Assembly (NCBI GenBank): GCA_964644245.1
Contig: CAZXUR010000007.1
Span: 1 to 43,034 of the forward strand
Source of the DNA: an uncultured archaeon
GTDB lineage: Archaea > Aenigmatarchaeota > Aenigmatarchaeia > CAZXUR01
Direction of reading: 5' to 3'
DNA: 43,034 nucleotides
Part shown: positions 17,561 through 26,419 of the stretch, piece by piece
Layout of the letters: the number at the start of each line of letters is the position of its first letter
Numbering within the stretch: the first letter of the stretch is position 1
The notes under the pieces: generated by a model
What the model was told of the DNA's origin: nothing
The model's input: the letters and a program-made list of their open reading frames with translations, nothing else
Databases searched by the model: none
Program-made: the position numbers and the translations under genes

Positions 17561-18413
17561 TTTTCCCACCTTCAAAATCAAACAAATTTTTAGGCTTTGT
17601 TGGGATTTCGCCAAAATAATCTTTTGGCGATTCCCACACCTCTTTTAACCATTTTACATCCTCAATAGAATCAGGCGATTCCACAATAAATGTAAACTCT
17701 TTATAACCTAAATCCTGTAGGGTTGCAAAAAGATATGGCAACGGAGGATTAAATGACTTAGCAGAAATATGTCTGGTTTCATTTCCATTTTTGTATTCAA
17801 CCCCTCCTCCATGAAAATAGTTCGGTTTGTATCCAAGCTTTTCTTCAAAACTTTCTAGTACTTCTTTAAAATCTTCACAACTGTATGGATAATTCCCATT
17901 ATTTCTAGCATAGAAGTGAGACCAATCTATAACGGGTATTACTCTATCGTCATTAATCAGTTCCAACAATTTAATCAATTCATTCACCGTCCCTATTGCC
18001 TGTTGTTTCCCTGTGTTTTCAATACCCAATTTTCCTTTTTTTACATTTGACTTATCCAAAGCTTCTTGAATAGCATTTACTATACCTTCTTTTAACTCAT
18101 TTATTTTTTTCCCACCATAAAATCCTAAATGAAATGTTGCTACATTTTTTAATTTTTCCGCAATTTTTAATCCAGAAACCAAATAGCTAACGTTTTTCTT
18201 CCTTTTTGAATTACCTAGATTTATCCAGAATGGCAAATGACATGATAACGCAACTTTACATTTTTTTGACTGAGTAATTATATTTTCTGAAATGTTTTGT
18301 GGGATACCATAAGCAAAACCCATTTCGTAAGCATCTATGTTTTTTTGGGCGAGTAAATCTATATATTCCGGCAAGTCCTTTGCGTATTTTCTGGCAATTC
18401 CAAATTCTGGCAT
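17541..18413 (-). CDS. Endonuclease IV / AP endonuclease 2-like TIM-barrel protein
   Basis: SCHLPFWINL, FHLGFY, IENTGK, GTVNE, IDWSHFYAR, RH and IVESP match the archaeal Nfo-like metal-ligand pattern. Confidence 0.85.
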   Translation of the reverse strand: MPEFGIARKYAKDLPEYIDLLAQKNIDAYEMGFAYGIPQNISENIITQSKKCKVALSCHLPFWINLGNSKRKKNVSYLVSGLKIAEKLKNVATFHLGFYGGKKINELKEGIVNAIQEALDKSNVKKGKLGIENTGKQQAIGTVNELIKLLELINDDRVIPVIDWSHFYARNNGNYPYSCEDFKEVLESFEEKLGYKPNYFHGGGVEYKNGNETRHISAKSFNPPLPYLFATLQDLGYKEFTFIVESPDSIEDVKWLKEVWESPKDYFGEIPTKPKNLFDFEGGKNGKNKV

Positions 18414-18486
18414 TTACATTCATGTTAGATAACCTATTAAACTTTATAACTCTATATACGGCAGTAAATTTACAAAACAAAGCTCT

Positions 18487-18502
18487 CCTCAGAAGGCTGA
18501 GG
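18487..18502 (-). terminator. Possible hairpin terminator downstream of fbp
   Basis: CCTCAG-AAGG-CTGAGG stem-loop, followed on the minus strand by TTTGTTTT; marks the GC/AT boundary of the islet. Confidence 0.35.
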
Positions 18503-18510
18503 TTCATCGA

Positions 18511-19599
18511 CTAATCTATTTTCTTCATCCGGCTCTTCAGTTTCTTCATCACGCCGGGAAGAGTTGTGTACTCCATTTCTTCAGAGGATGTGCGGTGTGG
18601 TTCAAATGGTCCCATTCTTCTCAGATGGTTCGCCAGTTCGTTCGCCTCTTGCCTTGCCAGGTCAAAGGCCGGGTCGTCGAACAAGTCGGATGGTTCTCCG
18701 AGCGTGTCAGAAATCTGGAAACCAAGCGCCAATACTCTCGGTGGTCCGTCGAAGCGCGTACACCTAGCGTTCTTAAGTCCCACGGGCATCACTGGACCGT
18801 GGTGTGAGCCTCTCATCCATCCCTTGACCATAAACGGCTGGGCGTAAGGCTCAAGCAATTCTCCTAGAGCCGGAAGGCCGGATTGAGCTCTCACTACACA
18901 GCAACCATCGTCTTTGCCAACGTACTTCTGCCCAATTATGTTGACTTTGTTGGTGCTTACTGCTGCAGCTGGAGTTCCGTCCTTTTTTCGTATAGATTTG
19001 ATACAGAACCTTCCTGGAGATCCGAGCAAGGCAGTGATGTCGTACATTTCTTCGGGCGACTTGAGTTCTACTTTCTTACCATCGATTACGTCATGTATCT
19101 CAAATATGAATCCCTCGTGCATGTTGGGGTCTATGGTCAGGCCGGCGGTGGTGAAAGGGTCTGCAAACGTCTTGAACAGTGGGTAGTTGAACGCACCGGC
19201 ATCAGATTTGTCTCCCATGAATACTACCATGGGGTCGCTCTTCCTCCTCTCAAACTCAATTTCCGCCACTCCGGGCCCCATGCCTCGCACGTTGCCTGAG
19301 AAGGCTTCTTTTAGTATATCCTGTCCGGCTCCGTAGAGCTGCAATTTTTTCGCCTCCTCGGTTCCGGCCTTGAAAGCGTCCCAGGCCAGTCCGTGTATTT
19401 CTTTGGAGTCCACACCCTTGTCGTGGAGCATTATCAGCTCTAAGTCATCACCACAGTGGGTTACGTGAAACCCCTTGAGGATTCCTCGGTCCCACAGTAC
19501 TTTATTTGCTATTTCAATGATTTTAGGATGGACACTTGAGTGGCAGGGATAGCCTCCCACATCTGCTTTTATAACAGAAACGGTGACTTTCTCGGGCAT
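18511..19599 (-). CDS. fbp: Bifunctional fructose-1,6-bisphosphate aldolase/phosphatase
   Basis: KADVGG, GDDL, LYGAGQD, ADPF, YVGKDD, GWMRGSHHGP, RFDGPPRV and GPFEPHR motifs. Confidence 0.96.
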   Translation of the reverse strand: MPEKVTVSVIKADVGGYPCHSSVHPKIIEIANKVLWDRGILKGFHVTHCGDDLELIMLHDKGVDSKEIHGLAWDAFKAGTEEAKKLQLYGAGQDILKEAFSGNVRGMGPGVAEIEFERRKSDPMVVFMGDKSDAGAFNYPLFKTFADPFTTAGLTIDPNMHEGFIFEIHDVIDGKKVELKSPEEMYDITALLGSPGRFCIKSIRKKDGTPAAAVSTNKVNIIGQKYVGKDDGCCVVRAQSGLPALGELLEPYAQPFMVKGWMRGSHHGPVMPVGLKNARCTRFDGPPRVLALGFQISDTLGEPSDLFDDPAFDLARQEANELANHLRRMGPFEPHRTSSEEMEYTTLPGVMKKLKSRMKKID

Positions 19600-19644
19600 G
19601 TTAACACTATTCTATTTATATCTATTCCCATATAAAGGTTTGTT

Positions 19645-20274
19645 ATGATTGTAGTGAATTTCAAGACATACAAGGAAGCCACCGGAAAGAATGCCGTACA
19701 CTTGGCAGGATTGATAAAGAAGGTTGCCAAGGAGACAGGAGAGAGGATAATCGCCTGCCCCCAACTGGTAGACCTGGAAAAGGTTGCCGGATTCTGCGAG
19801 ACTTTCGCCCAGCACATAGACACCATAGACTACGGCTCCAACACTGGCTGGGTGCTGCCAGAGGCGGTGAAGGAAGCCGGGGCCGAAGGCACTCTGATAA
19901 ACCACTCCGAGCACAGGCTGGACATGAAAGGCATAAAGGCGCGCATTAAGAAGGCCAGGGAAATCGGTTTGAAGACTATAGTGTGTGTGAAAGACGTCAA
20001 GGAAATCAAGAAGGTGAAGGGGTTCAATCCCGATTACATCGCAGTAGAGCCGCCCGAGTTGATAGGAAGCGGCAAATCAGTGTCCACTGAACAGCCCGAG
20101 TTAATAGAGAAGTCGGTGGAAGCGGCCCATCCGGTCAAACTGCTGTGCGGCGCGGGAATCACCTGCGCGGATGACGTGAGTAAAGCGCTGGACCTGGGCG
20201 CGAAAGGCGTTTTAATCGCTTCGGGAATCGTAAAGGCGGACAAGCCTGACCTGGTCTTAAAAGAGATGTCTTAA
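19645..20274 (+). CDS. tpiA: Triosephosphate isomerase (archaeal type)
   Basis: VNFKTY, AQH, LINHSEHR, VEPPELIG and CGAGI motifs. Confidence 0.97.
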   Translation: MIVVNFKTYKEATGKNAVHLAGLIKKVAKETGERIIACPQLVDLEKVAGFCETFAQHIDTIDYGSNTGWVLPEAVKEAGAEGTLINHSEHRLDMKGIKARIKKAREIGLKTIVCVKDVKEIKKVKGFNPDYIAVEPPELIGSGKSVSTEQPELIEKSVEAAHPVKLLCGAGITCADDVSKALDLGAKGVLIASGIVKADKPDLVLKEMS

Positions 20275-20690
20275 CCCCTTTTACCGTACTTCTCAAAAAC
20301 AGACAGGAATTCGAGTCTTTCTCCCTCAGTTATGACTCGATGCCATTTCCCTGCAGGTATGGTCACCAGGTCCCCTTTCTTTACTTTATAGGTCTTTTTC
20401 CCGACTTTCATCTTTCCCTTTCCCTTCAGAAATATGTACACCTCTTCCTTGCCTTTATGCTTGTGTCCGGTGGTCATCTTGCACTGAGAACCGACTTTGC
20501 CTCCGTGAAGAACGGTCTTGGATATGACTATTTTTTTGAGCCCGGTCTTTTTTGACGGTAAATCGTACAACTCGTAGTTGATTTCTTTGGTGGGTGTTTT
20601 GTACACACATTTCCCATCTACTTTGATATCACAGACTCTCTTTTTCTTCTTCTTTGCCATCTTCTCTATTTTATCGATAGAGGTCTTCAT
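20271..20690 (-). CDS. Cupin protein, likely a short cupin-type glucose-6-phosphate isomerase
   Basis: TVLHGGKVG...MTTGHKH...EEVY...GKG and IPAGKWHRVI motifs; sugar-phosphate gene context. Confidence 0.7.
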   Translation of the reverse strand: MKTSIDKIEKMAKKKKKRVCDIKVDGKCVYKTPTKEINYELYDLPSKKTGLKKIVISKTVLHGGKVGSQCKMTTGHKHKGKEEVYIFLKGKGKMKVGKKTYKVKKGDLVTIPAGKWHRVITEGERLEFLSVFEKYGKRG

Positions 20691-20727
20691 CCACTCACCT
20701 TTTTATCCTACTATGAAAAGTATGTTT

Positions 20728-22014
20728 ATGTCAATATATAAGGCTTATGACGTGCGCGGTGTTTATCCCAAGGAACTGGACGAGGGCAAGGCAGAGAGGA
20801 TCGCCAAAGCATTTGCGAATTACATGGAGGCCAGGAAAATAGTAGTGGGAAGGGACGTGAGGAAGTCTTCTCCCCCCCTGTCCGAAGCAGTGGTCAAAGG
20901 ACTGGTGAACCAGGGATGCATGGTGGTGGACCTGGGAGTGGTCACCACGCCCATGCTCTATTACTATGTCACGGAAAATGACCTGAAGGCAGGAGTGATG
21001 GTCACCGCCTCACATTCGCCCAAGGAGTACAACGGATTGAAGTTGTGTGGGAAAGGCGGGGTGAGCCTGACTTATGACTCAGGCATCCGGATAATAGAAA
21101 AAATGACTGAAAAGAAGTTCAGCAGGAAGCCGGGGGGCGACGTGATGGAAGTGGACGTCAGGAAGGAATACGCGGATTATTTGACCAGAAGATTCAGGGG
21201 AAGACTACCGGACAAACGCGTGATAGTGGACTGCGGGAATGGAAGCGCTTCGGTAATCGCAAAAAAGGTTTTCCATCATCTAGGAGCAAAGACGGAGATG
21301 CTCTATTGCAAGCCGGATGGAAACTTTCCCAACCGTTCTCCGGAGCCCAACGACAGATCTCTGGCCAGGCTCAAGACCATGGTTAAAACAGGGAAAGCAG
21401 ACCTGGGAATCGCGTTCGACGGGGACGCAGACAGGTGCGAATTCGTGACCGACAAGGGCATCGTCTCACCAGACGTAATCCTGATGTTCCTGGCCAGAAA
21501 ACTGGTCAAGAAGGGAGACAAGGTGGTCTACTGTGTGAGGTGCACCAAAGCACTGGAGGCACTGGTCAGGCATCTGGGAGGAACCCCCATAGAGGTCAGG
21601 GCAGGAAGGGCTTATATCAAGAAGAGAATGATTGAAGAGGAGGCCCTGTTGGGAGGGGAGTACTCGGGACATTTCTTCTTCCGTGAGAATAATTATATGG
21701 ATGACGGTCTTTACGCGGCCCTGCGAGTCCTCAGCCTACTGGAGGGGGAACTGCCTATCTCTACATACCCAGGCGAGGATTACAGGTTGAAGACTGAAAA
21801 TCCTGAGAAGGTTTTGGAAAGGACGGAGGAAGCCTTCAGTGGCCAGAAAATAGAGAGAAAGGACGGAATTAAAGTGTTTTTGGACAAAGGTTGGTTCTTA
21901 CTGAGGAAGTCTCAGACCGAGCCGAAAGTGGAACTGAGGTTGGAAGGTTATACGGACAGTGCTTTAAAAGAAATAGAGGAACTGGTAAAGGAAAAGACCG
22001 GCCTCAAGTTTTAG
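20728..22014 (+). CDS. Phosphomannomutase/phosphoglucomutase
   Basis: MSIYKAYDVRG start, TASHSP, FDGDADR, GEYSGH and SQTEP motifs. Confidence 0.93.
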   Translation: MSIYKAYDVRGVYPKELDEGKAERIAKAFANYMEARKIVVGRDVRKSSPPLSEAVVKGLVNQGCMVVDLGVVTTPMLYYYVTENDLKAGVMVTASHSPKEYNGLKLCGKGGVSLTYDSGIRIIEKMTEKKFSRKPGGDVMEVDVRKEYADYLTRRFRGRLPDKRVIVDCGNGSASVIAKKVFHHLGAKTEMLYCKPDGNFPNRSPEPNDRSLARLKTMVKTGKADLGIAFDGDADRCEFVTDKGIVSPDVILMFLARKLVKKGDKVVYCVRCTKALEALVRHLGGTPIEVRAGRAYIKKRMIEEEALLGGEYSGHFFFRENNYMDDGLYAALRVLSLLEGELPISTYPGEDYRLKTENPEKVLERTEEAFSGQKIERKDGIKVFLDKGWFLLRKSQTEPKVELRLEGYTDSALKEIEELVKEKTGLKF

Positions 22015-22969
22015 CTTTTCTCAGGTACTCGGCAGCGTCTTCCGGAGCCATCTCGTTTACGAACAGTTCGAAGAACTCTGAGCTGGCGAATGTCTTGGAC
22101 GTCCTGGGAAGCAGTTCTAGATGGAAGTGCCAGAAGTCTGAGGAAGGGAAGAAATGGTACAATATATTGTAAGCAGGCTTGTCGAATATATTGGAGTAGG
22201 CGCTCACGACAGCCTTCATGCACTTGGCCAGGTCGTTTATCTCGGTCTTCCTAATTTCATCGAAGTCAGAGAAGTGCCTCTTGGGAAAAATCCAGGTCTC
22301 GTAGTGCCATCTGGGAGCGAACGGACAGAAGGCGATGAAGTGGTCGTTCTGGTAGACCACACGTTTCTTGTTCTTTTTCTCCAATTTTATGACGTCGCAG
22401 AAAGGACATCTCTTCTCCTTCTCGTAGTACTCCTGCGCCGCAGACATCTCGTCCGACACCTGCTTGGGAAATACCGGAGAAGATATTATCTGGGAGTGTT
22501 CATGTGCTATGGAAGCCCCGGCCTTCTTCCCGTGGTTCTTGAACATCACCACGTACATGGTCTCTTCCTCTTTCATGAGGTCTTTGTACCTTCTCAGGAG
22601 GGTCCTCAGGTACAGCCTTATCTGCTTGAGGCTGAAGTCCTGGAAGAAGTTATGGTCGGGCGTTTCTATGACCACTTCGTGCGAGCCGTGGGAGGTGAAT
22701 GAGGTGAGCAGACCCTTTGACTTCTTCCTGAAGTTCTTGGCGAACATGATGGGGTACTTGTTTGGTATGACCCTTATCCTCCAGTTCTTCTTCGGGTATT
22801 GGTAGATTTCTTTGGGGGTGTTGTGCTCGTTACCCGGGCAGAATATGCACTCTTCTGGCTTTCCCTTCTTCTCTCTTCCGGTCACGTCCGAAGGCCTTTT
22901 AGCCCTCTTGCTGGATATAACCACGTACCTTTCCAGAATATAGTCCTTGCGTATTTCGCTCTTGGTCAT
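22004..22969 (-). CDS. galT: GalT-family nucleotidyltransferase (galactose-1-P uridylyltransferase-like)
   Basis: RAKRP, CIFCPGNE, NKYP, HEVVIETPDH, GASIAHEHSQI and HFHLE motifs. Confidence 0.88.
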   Translation of the reverse strand: MTKSEIRKDYILERYVVISSKRAKRPSDVTGREKKGKPEECIFCPGNEHNTPKEIYQYPKKNWRIRVIPNKYPIMFAKNFRKKSKGLLTSFTSHGSHEVVIETPDHNFFQDFSLKQIRLYLRTLLRRYKDLMKEEETMYVVMFKNHGKKAGASIAHEHSQIISSPVFPKQVSDEMSAAQEYYEKEKRCPFCDVIKLEKKNKKRVVYQNDHFIAFCPFAPRWHYETWIFPKRHFSDFDEIRKTEINDLAKCMKAVVSAYSNIFDKPAYNILYHFFPSSDFWHFHLELLPRTSKTFASSEFFELFVNEMAPEDAAEYLRKAKT

Positions 22970-23053
22970 AATTCTATTTGTTTTTCCCGTAAATAAAGTT
23001 TTGCGGTCTTAAGTTATATATACTGGCTTCCAGAAGTAGTTAATAACTGGGGA

Positions 23054-24820
23054 TTGCGAGTGGATATAAACCTGTTTGAAGTATCCTTTGAAGTAGCCAA
23101 CAAAATCGGAGGCATACACACATTTCTCTCCTCTAAAACCAAGAAGATGGTGGATATTTTCAAAGACTACTACTTCATAGGTCCCTACAATCTGAAACGG
23201 GTGAGAATCGAATTCGAGGAGAAGAGGGCTCCCAACGAGTTCAAGCCCATTTTTCAGGACATGAAGAACCACGGAATCAACTGCTACTACGGGAACTGGC
23301 TGGTACCCGGGAGGCCCAAGGCCATTCTGGTCGAGCCTACGGATTACAAGAAACAGATAAACAAGATAAAGGAACATTTGTGGGATGAGTATCAGGTTGA
23401 CTCGTGGGGCACAGACTTCTGGTTCAACCAGCCAGTGTTATGGTCAAAGGCAGCCGGAATCCTCCTGGAAAAGATGATTCAACAGGTGTTCAACGACAAG
23501 CCCTGCGTGGTGCACTCGCACGAATGGCTTTCCGGTCCCACGTTGCTCCACCTCCACGAGAAAGACGTAGATGCAGGCACAGTTTTCACCACACACGCAA
23601 CAGTACTGGGAAGGACAATGGCCGGCAACGGGGTGAACATACACGACATGATAAACAAAGGGCTCTCCAAGGGCAAGTGTGTGGACGAGCAGGCCTGTTA
23701 TTCCCACAGGGTGTGCGCCAAGCACCATCTGGAGAGAGCGGTTGCAAAGAATGCAAAGGTTTTCACCACGGTGAGCGATGTGATGTCCAAAGAGGCAGAG
23801 TTCTTCCTGGGCAGAAGGCCTGACGTGGTATGCCCCAACGGACTGGACACCAGCTCGTTCCCTCTGATGGAAGAGCTGTCCGTGCAGCACAAGGACTACA
23901 GGGAGCAGTTGAGACATTTCACACTCGCTTACATAGCGCCTTACTACAACATAGACGTGAAAAAGACATTGTTCTTCTTCACCGCAGGAAGACACGAAAT
24001 GAAGGTCAAGGGAATAGACATGTTCATAGACGCCTTGGGTCGGATGAACAAGGAACTGTCCGGGAAGACGGACCGGAACCTGGTGGCGTTCATATGGGTG
24101 CCCGGTGGCAACGACGGTCCGAGGAAGGAGTTCCTGGAGACTTTGGCACTGTTCAACTCCATGGAGGAGTATGTGGAGGACCATCTGCCCAAGTTCGGTG
24201 AGTCTTTGCTGCAGAAGTTGTGCTCGGGAAAGGTTTCTTCCACCAGACTGTCGGACGACTTCAAGAGCGACTGCAAGAAGATGATACTCAGGTTCAAGAA
24301 CCGCAAGGGAAACCCGCCGGTCTGCTCGCACATCATCGACAGAAACGACATAATAGAGGCCCTGGAGAAAAACGGTCTTGGTAACTCCAAAGAGGATGTG
24401 GTGAAGGTCATCTACTATCCGGAATATTTGAGTTCGGCAGACCTGATAGGCCTCAACCTCTACCCCGCCCTCATAGGTTCCCACTTCGGAATATTCCCTT
24501 CCTTCTACGAACCTTGGGGTTACACCCCCCTTGAGACCATGTCCTGCGGGGTGCCCACAGTCACCTCGGACGTGTCCGGTTTTGGCAAATTCATAGAGCC
24601 ACAGTTGATGAAGAACTCGGGAGTATACATAATACCCAGGGAAAAGGAGAGTTACGAGCAAGGCGTTAAAGAGCTGGCAAACGTGATGAAGGAGATGCTT
24701 TTGTCATCCAGGACCAAGCGCATAGAGCAGAAGATGAACGCCAAGAAGTTGTCCAAAAAGGCTGACTGGTCTAAACTCATCAAGAACTACCTGGAAGCCT
24801 ACCAACTCGCCTCTAGCTGA
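23054..24820 (+). CDS. Glycogen synthase, GT3 family
   Basis: FEVSFEVANKIGGIHT, HSHEW, FTTHATVLGR, FTTVS and FPSFYEPWGYTPLE motifs. Confidence 0.93.
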   Translation: MRVDINLFEVSFEVANKIGGIHTFLSSKTKKMVDIFKDYYFIGPYNLKRVRIEFEEKRAPNEFKPIFQDMKNHGINCYYGNWLVPGRPKAILVEPTDYKKQINKIKEHLWDEYQVDSWGTDFWFNQPVLWSKAAGILLEKMIQQVFNDKPCVVHSHEWLSGPTLLHLHEKDVDAGTVFTTHATVLGRTMAGNGVNIHDMINKGLSKGKCVDEQACYSHRVCAKHHLERAVAKNAKVFTTVSDVMSKEAEFFLGRRPDVVCPNGLDTSSFPLMEELSVQHKDYREQLRHFTLAYIAPYYNIDVKKTLFFFTAGRHEMKVKGIDMFIDALGRMNKELSGKTDRNLVAFIWVPGGNDGPRKEFLETLALFNSMEEYVEDHLPKFGESLLQKLCSGKVSSTRLSDDFKSDCKKMILRFKNRKGNPPVCSHIIDRNDIIEALEKNGLGNSKEDVVKVIYYPEYLSSADLIGLNLYPALIGSHFGIFPSFYEPWGYTPLETMSCGVPTVTSDVSGFGKFIEPQLMKNSGVYIIPREKESYEQGVKELANVMKEMLLSSRTKRIEQKMNAKKLSKKADWSKLIKNYLEAYQLASS

Positions 24821-25196
24821 GCATTATTTCGTCGAATTTCTTCTTAAAACTCTTCTTCAGTTTGTCCATGTCTAGGGAGGATTTTTTTGTCTTTCTCTTT
24901 CTCCTCTTGTTCTTCTTATTCCCTTTCTTGACTTTCCTGGACTTGAGGAATCTCTTTATCTTGTTTATCATTTCCTGTCTCTTGGCATGCTGTATTCTGT
25001 TGGCCAGCGAAGGCATTTTGAGCACGTCTCTGACCCAGTTTGAAAAGTCATTCTTAGACGGGTTCACGTGGTAGTTGTACACGTCTTTGGGCATCTTTGC
25101 CAGTACTGAAGGCGCTTCCTTGAGTGACTTTATGGTGGTTCCGTTCCTGGCGTAAAAGTACTTTCTCGGATCCTTTATCTTTTTCATACCAAACAC
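24813..25196 (-). CDS. Small basic protein (DUF5752-like domain)
   Basis: YFYARNGTTIKSLKE...YHVNPSKNDFSNWVRDVL...LA motif; Lys-rich tail. Confidence 0.7.
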   Translation of the reverse strand: MFGMKKIKDPRKYFYARNGTTIKSLKEAPSVLAKMPKDVYNYHVNPSKNDFSNWVRDVLKMPSLANRIQHAKRQEMINKIKRFLKSRKVKKGNKKNKRRKRKTKKSSLDMDKLKKSFKKKFDEIMLS

Positions 25197-25201
25197 TAAA
25201 A

Positions 25202-26419
25202 CTACTTGTTGGTGCCCCTATTAATATGTTTTTTGGCCTTGGGCTTGAGATGATGCTCGAAGTGGTTGAGTATGTTCATGTAAGAGATGAACGCCTCATA
25301 GGGCGAGTCAAAGGCGTTGAAGTACTTGTGCACGTCCCCGTCGTTGAACCATTTGGTGCAAAGGTAGTAGAGAAGGTCACTCGTCTGCATGAGTCTCCAC
25401 AGGTGTAGCAGACGAGCATCATCCTTCTCTTTTACAAGAGTTTCTAGACTTTTCAGTTTCTCAAAACACGCCATTTGCATGTCGTTTCCCAACCATGCGG
25501 TCAGGTCTCTGTCTACGTCTGCCCAGGAAGTTAAGAAGGGGCAATCCACGTCACCTTTGACGGGATGGTTTTCGACCACCTCTCGGGTGGTCATGAAGTC
25601 GAGATTTTCATTACTCAAGGCCTTCCCGGGTAAATTTCTCAAGAATTCGAATATTCCGGTGTCGTCCCACTGGTGCTCGCCGTAGGTTTCATAGTCCTGG
25701 AACAGATTTATCACGTCTCCTCCCGAGGACTCCAGCCAGGAAGTGAACTTCTCTGAGGTCAGCGGCCATTCCTCCCAGGACTTTTCCGAGAAACGAAAGG
25801 CGATGTCGTCACTCAACTTGTAGTTACGGGTGAGGAGTTTTATTTTCTCGCAACCCACCGGGCGGTGCAGGTAGTTGGGACTCTTCCAGGTCATGCTCCT
25901 TGAGGCGCCTTCTGCCACTATGCCTTTGTAGCCCATGTCTTCGGCGAACTTCGCGATGTTGTTGTTGTATATACCTTCGGTGTTCCTGAACACCACCGGC
26001 TTGTAGTTGAACAGTGACTTCACCTTCTTCCTGTGCATTTTTATCTGTTCCTCGAACTCTTCCAAGGAGAAAAGAGATGCGAGCGAGTGGTAGTAGGTTT
26101 CTGAGAGAAGGTCCACACAACCGGTGTCTACCAGACGTTGGAAGGACTCTATGACACGGGGGTTGTACTTCTCGCACTGTTCAAGAAAGACTCCGGTCAG
26201 AGAGAAAGACACCTTGAAGTTCCCGTCTGTGGAATGTATGAGGTCGAGGAGCATCTGGTTTGTAGGCAGGTAGCACTTCTTTCCCACCTTGTTGAATATT
26301 TCCTGGTTCTTCTTGCGGTTGAAGTAGAGTTTGTGCAGGTCTTTGCCTTTTGAGAATATGGAGAACCGGTTGAGGCGGAAGGGCTGGTGGACCTGGAAAT
26401 AGAAGCAGATTGAAGTCAT
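25202..26419 (-). CDS. GH57 family alpha-amylase
   Basis: MTSICFYFQVHQP start (ATGA overlap with the upstream gene); ETYYHSL, FRNTE, SDDIAFRF, DYETYGEH, SWAD and QTSD motifs. Confidence 0.93.
   Translation of the reverse strand: MTSICFYFQVHQPFRLNRFSIFSKGKDLHKLYFNRKKNQEIFNKVGKKCYLPTNQMLLDLIHSTDGNFKVSFSLTGVFLEQCEKYNPRVIESFQRLVDTGCVDLLSETYYHSLASLFSLEEFEEQIKMHRKKVKSLFNYKPVVFRNTEGIYNNNIAKFAEDMGYKGIVAEGASRSMTWKSPNYLHRPVGCEKIKLLTRNYKLSDDIAFRFSEKSWEEWPLTSEKFTSWLESSGGDVINLFQDYETYGEHQWDDTGIFEFLRNLPGKALSNENLDFMTTREVVENHPVKGDVDCPFLTSWADVDRDLTAWLGNDMQMACFEKLKSLETLVKEKDDARLLHLWRLMQTSDLLYYLCTKWFNDGDVHKYFNAFDSPYEAFISYMNILNHFEHHLKPKAKKHINRGTNK

Noticed and set aside
23444-24661. 405-aa antisense ORF, and similar long shadow ORFs over the GT4, debranching and surface genes
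   Set aside because: They lie opposite well-supported genes, have no motifs, and are expected from codon bias.
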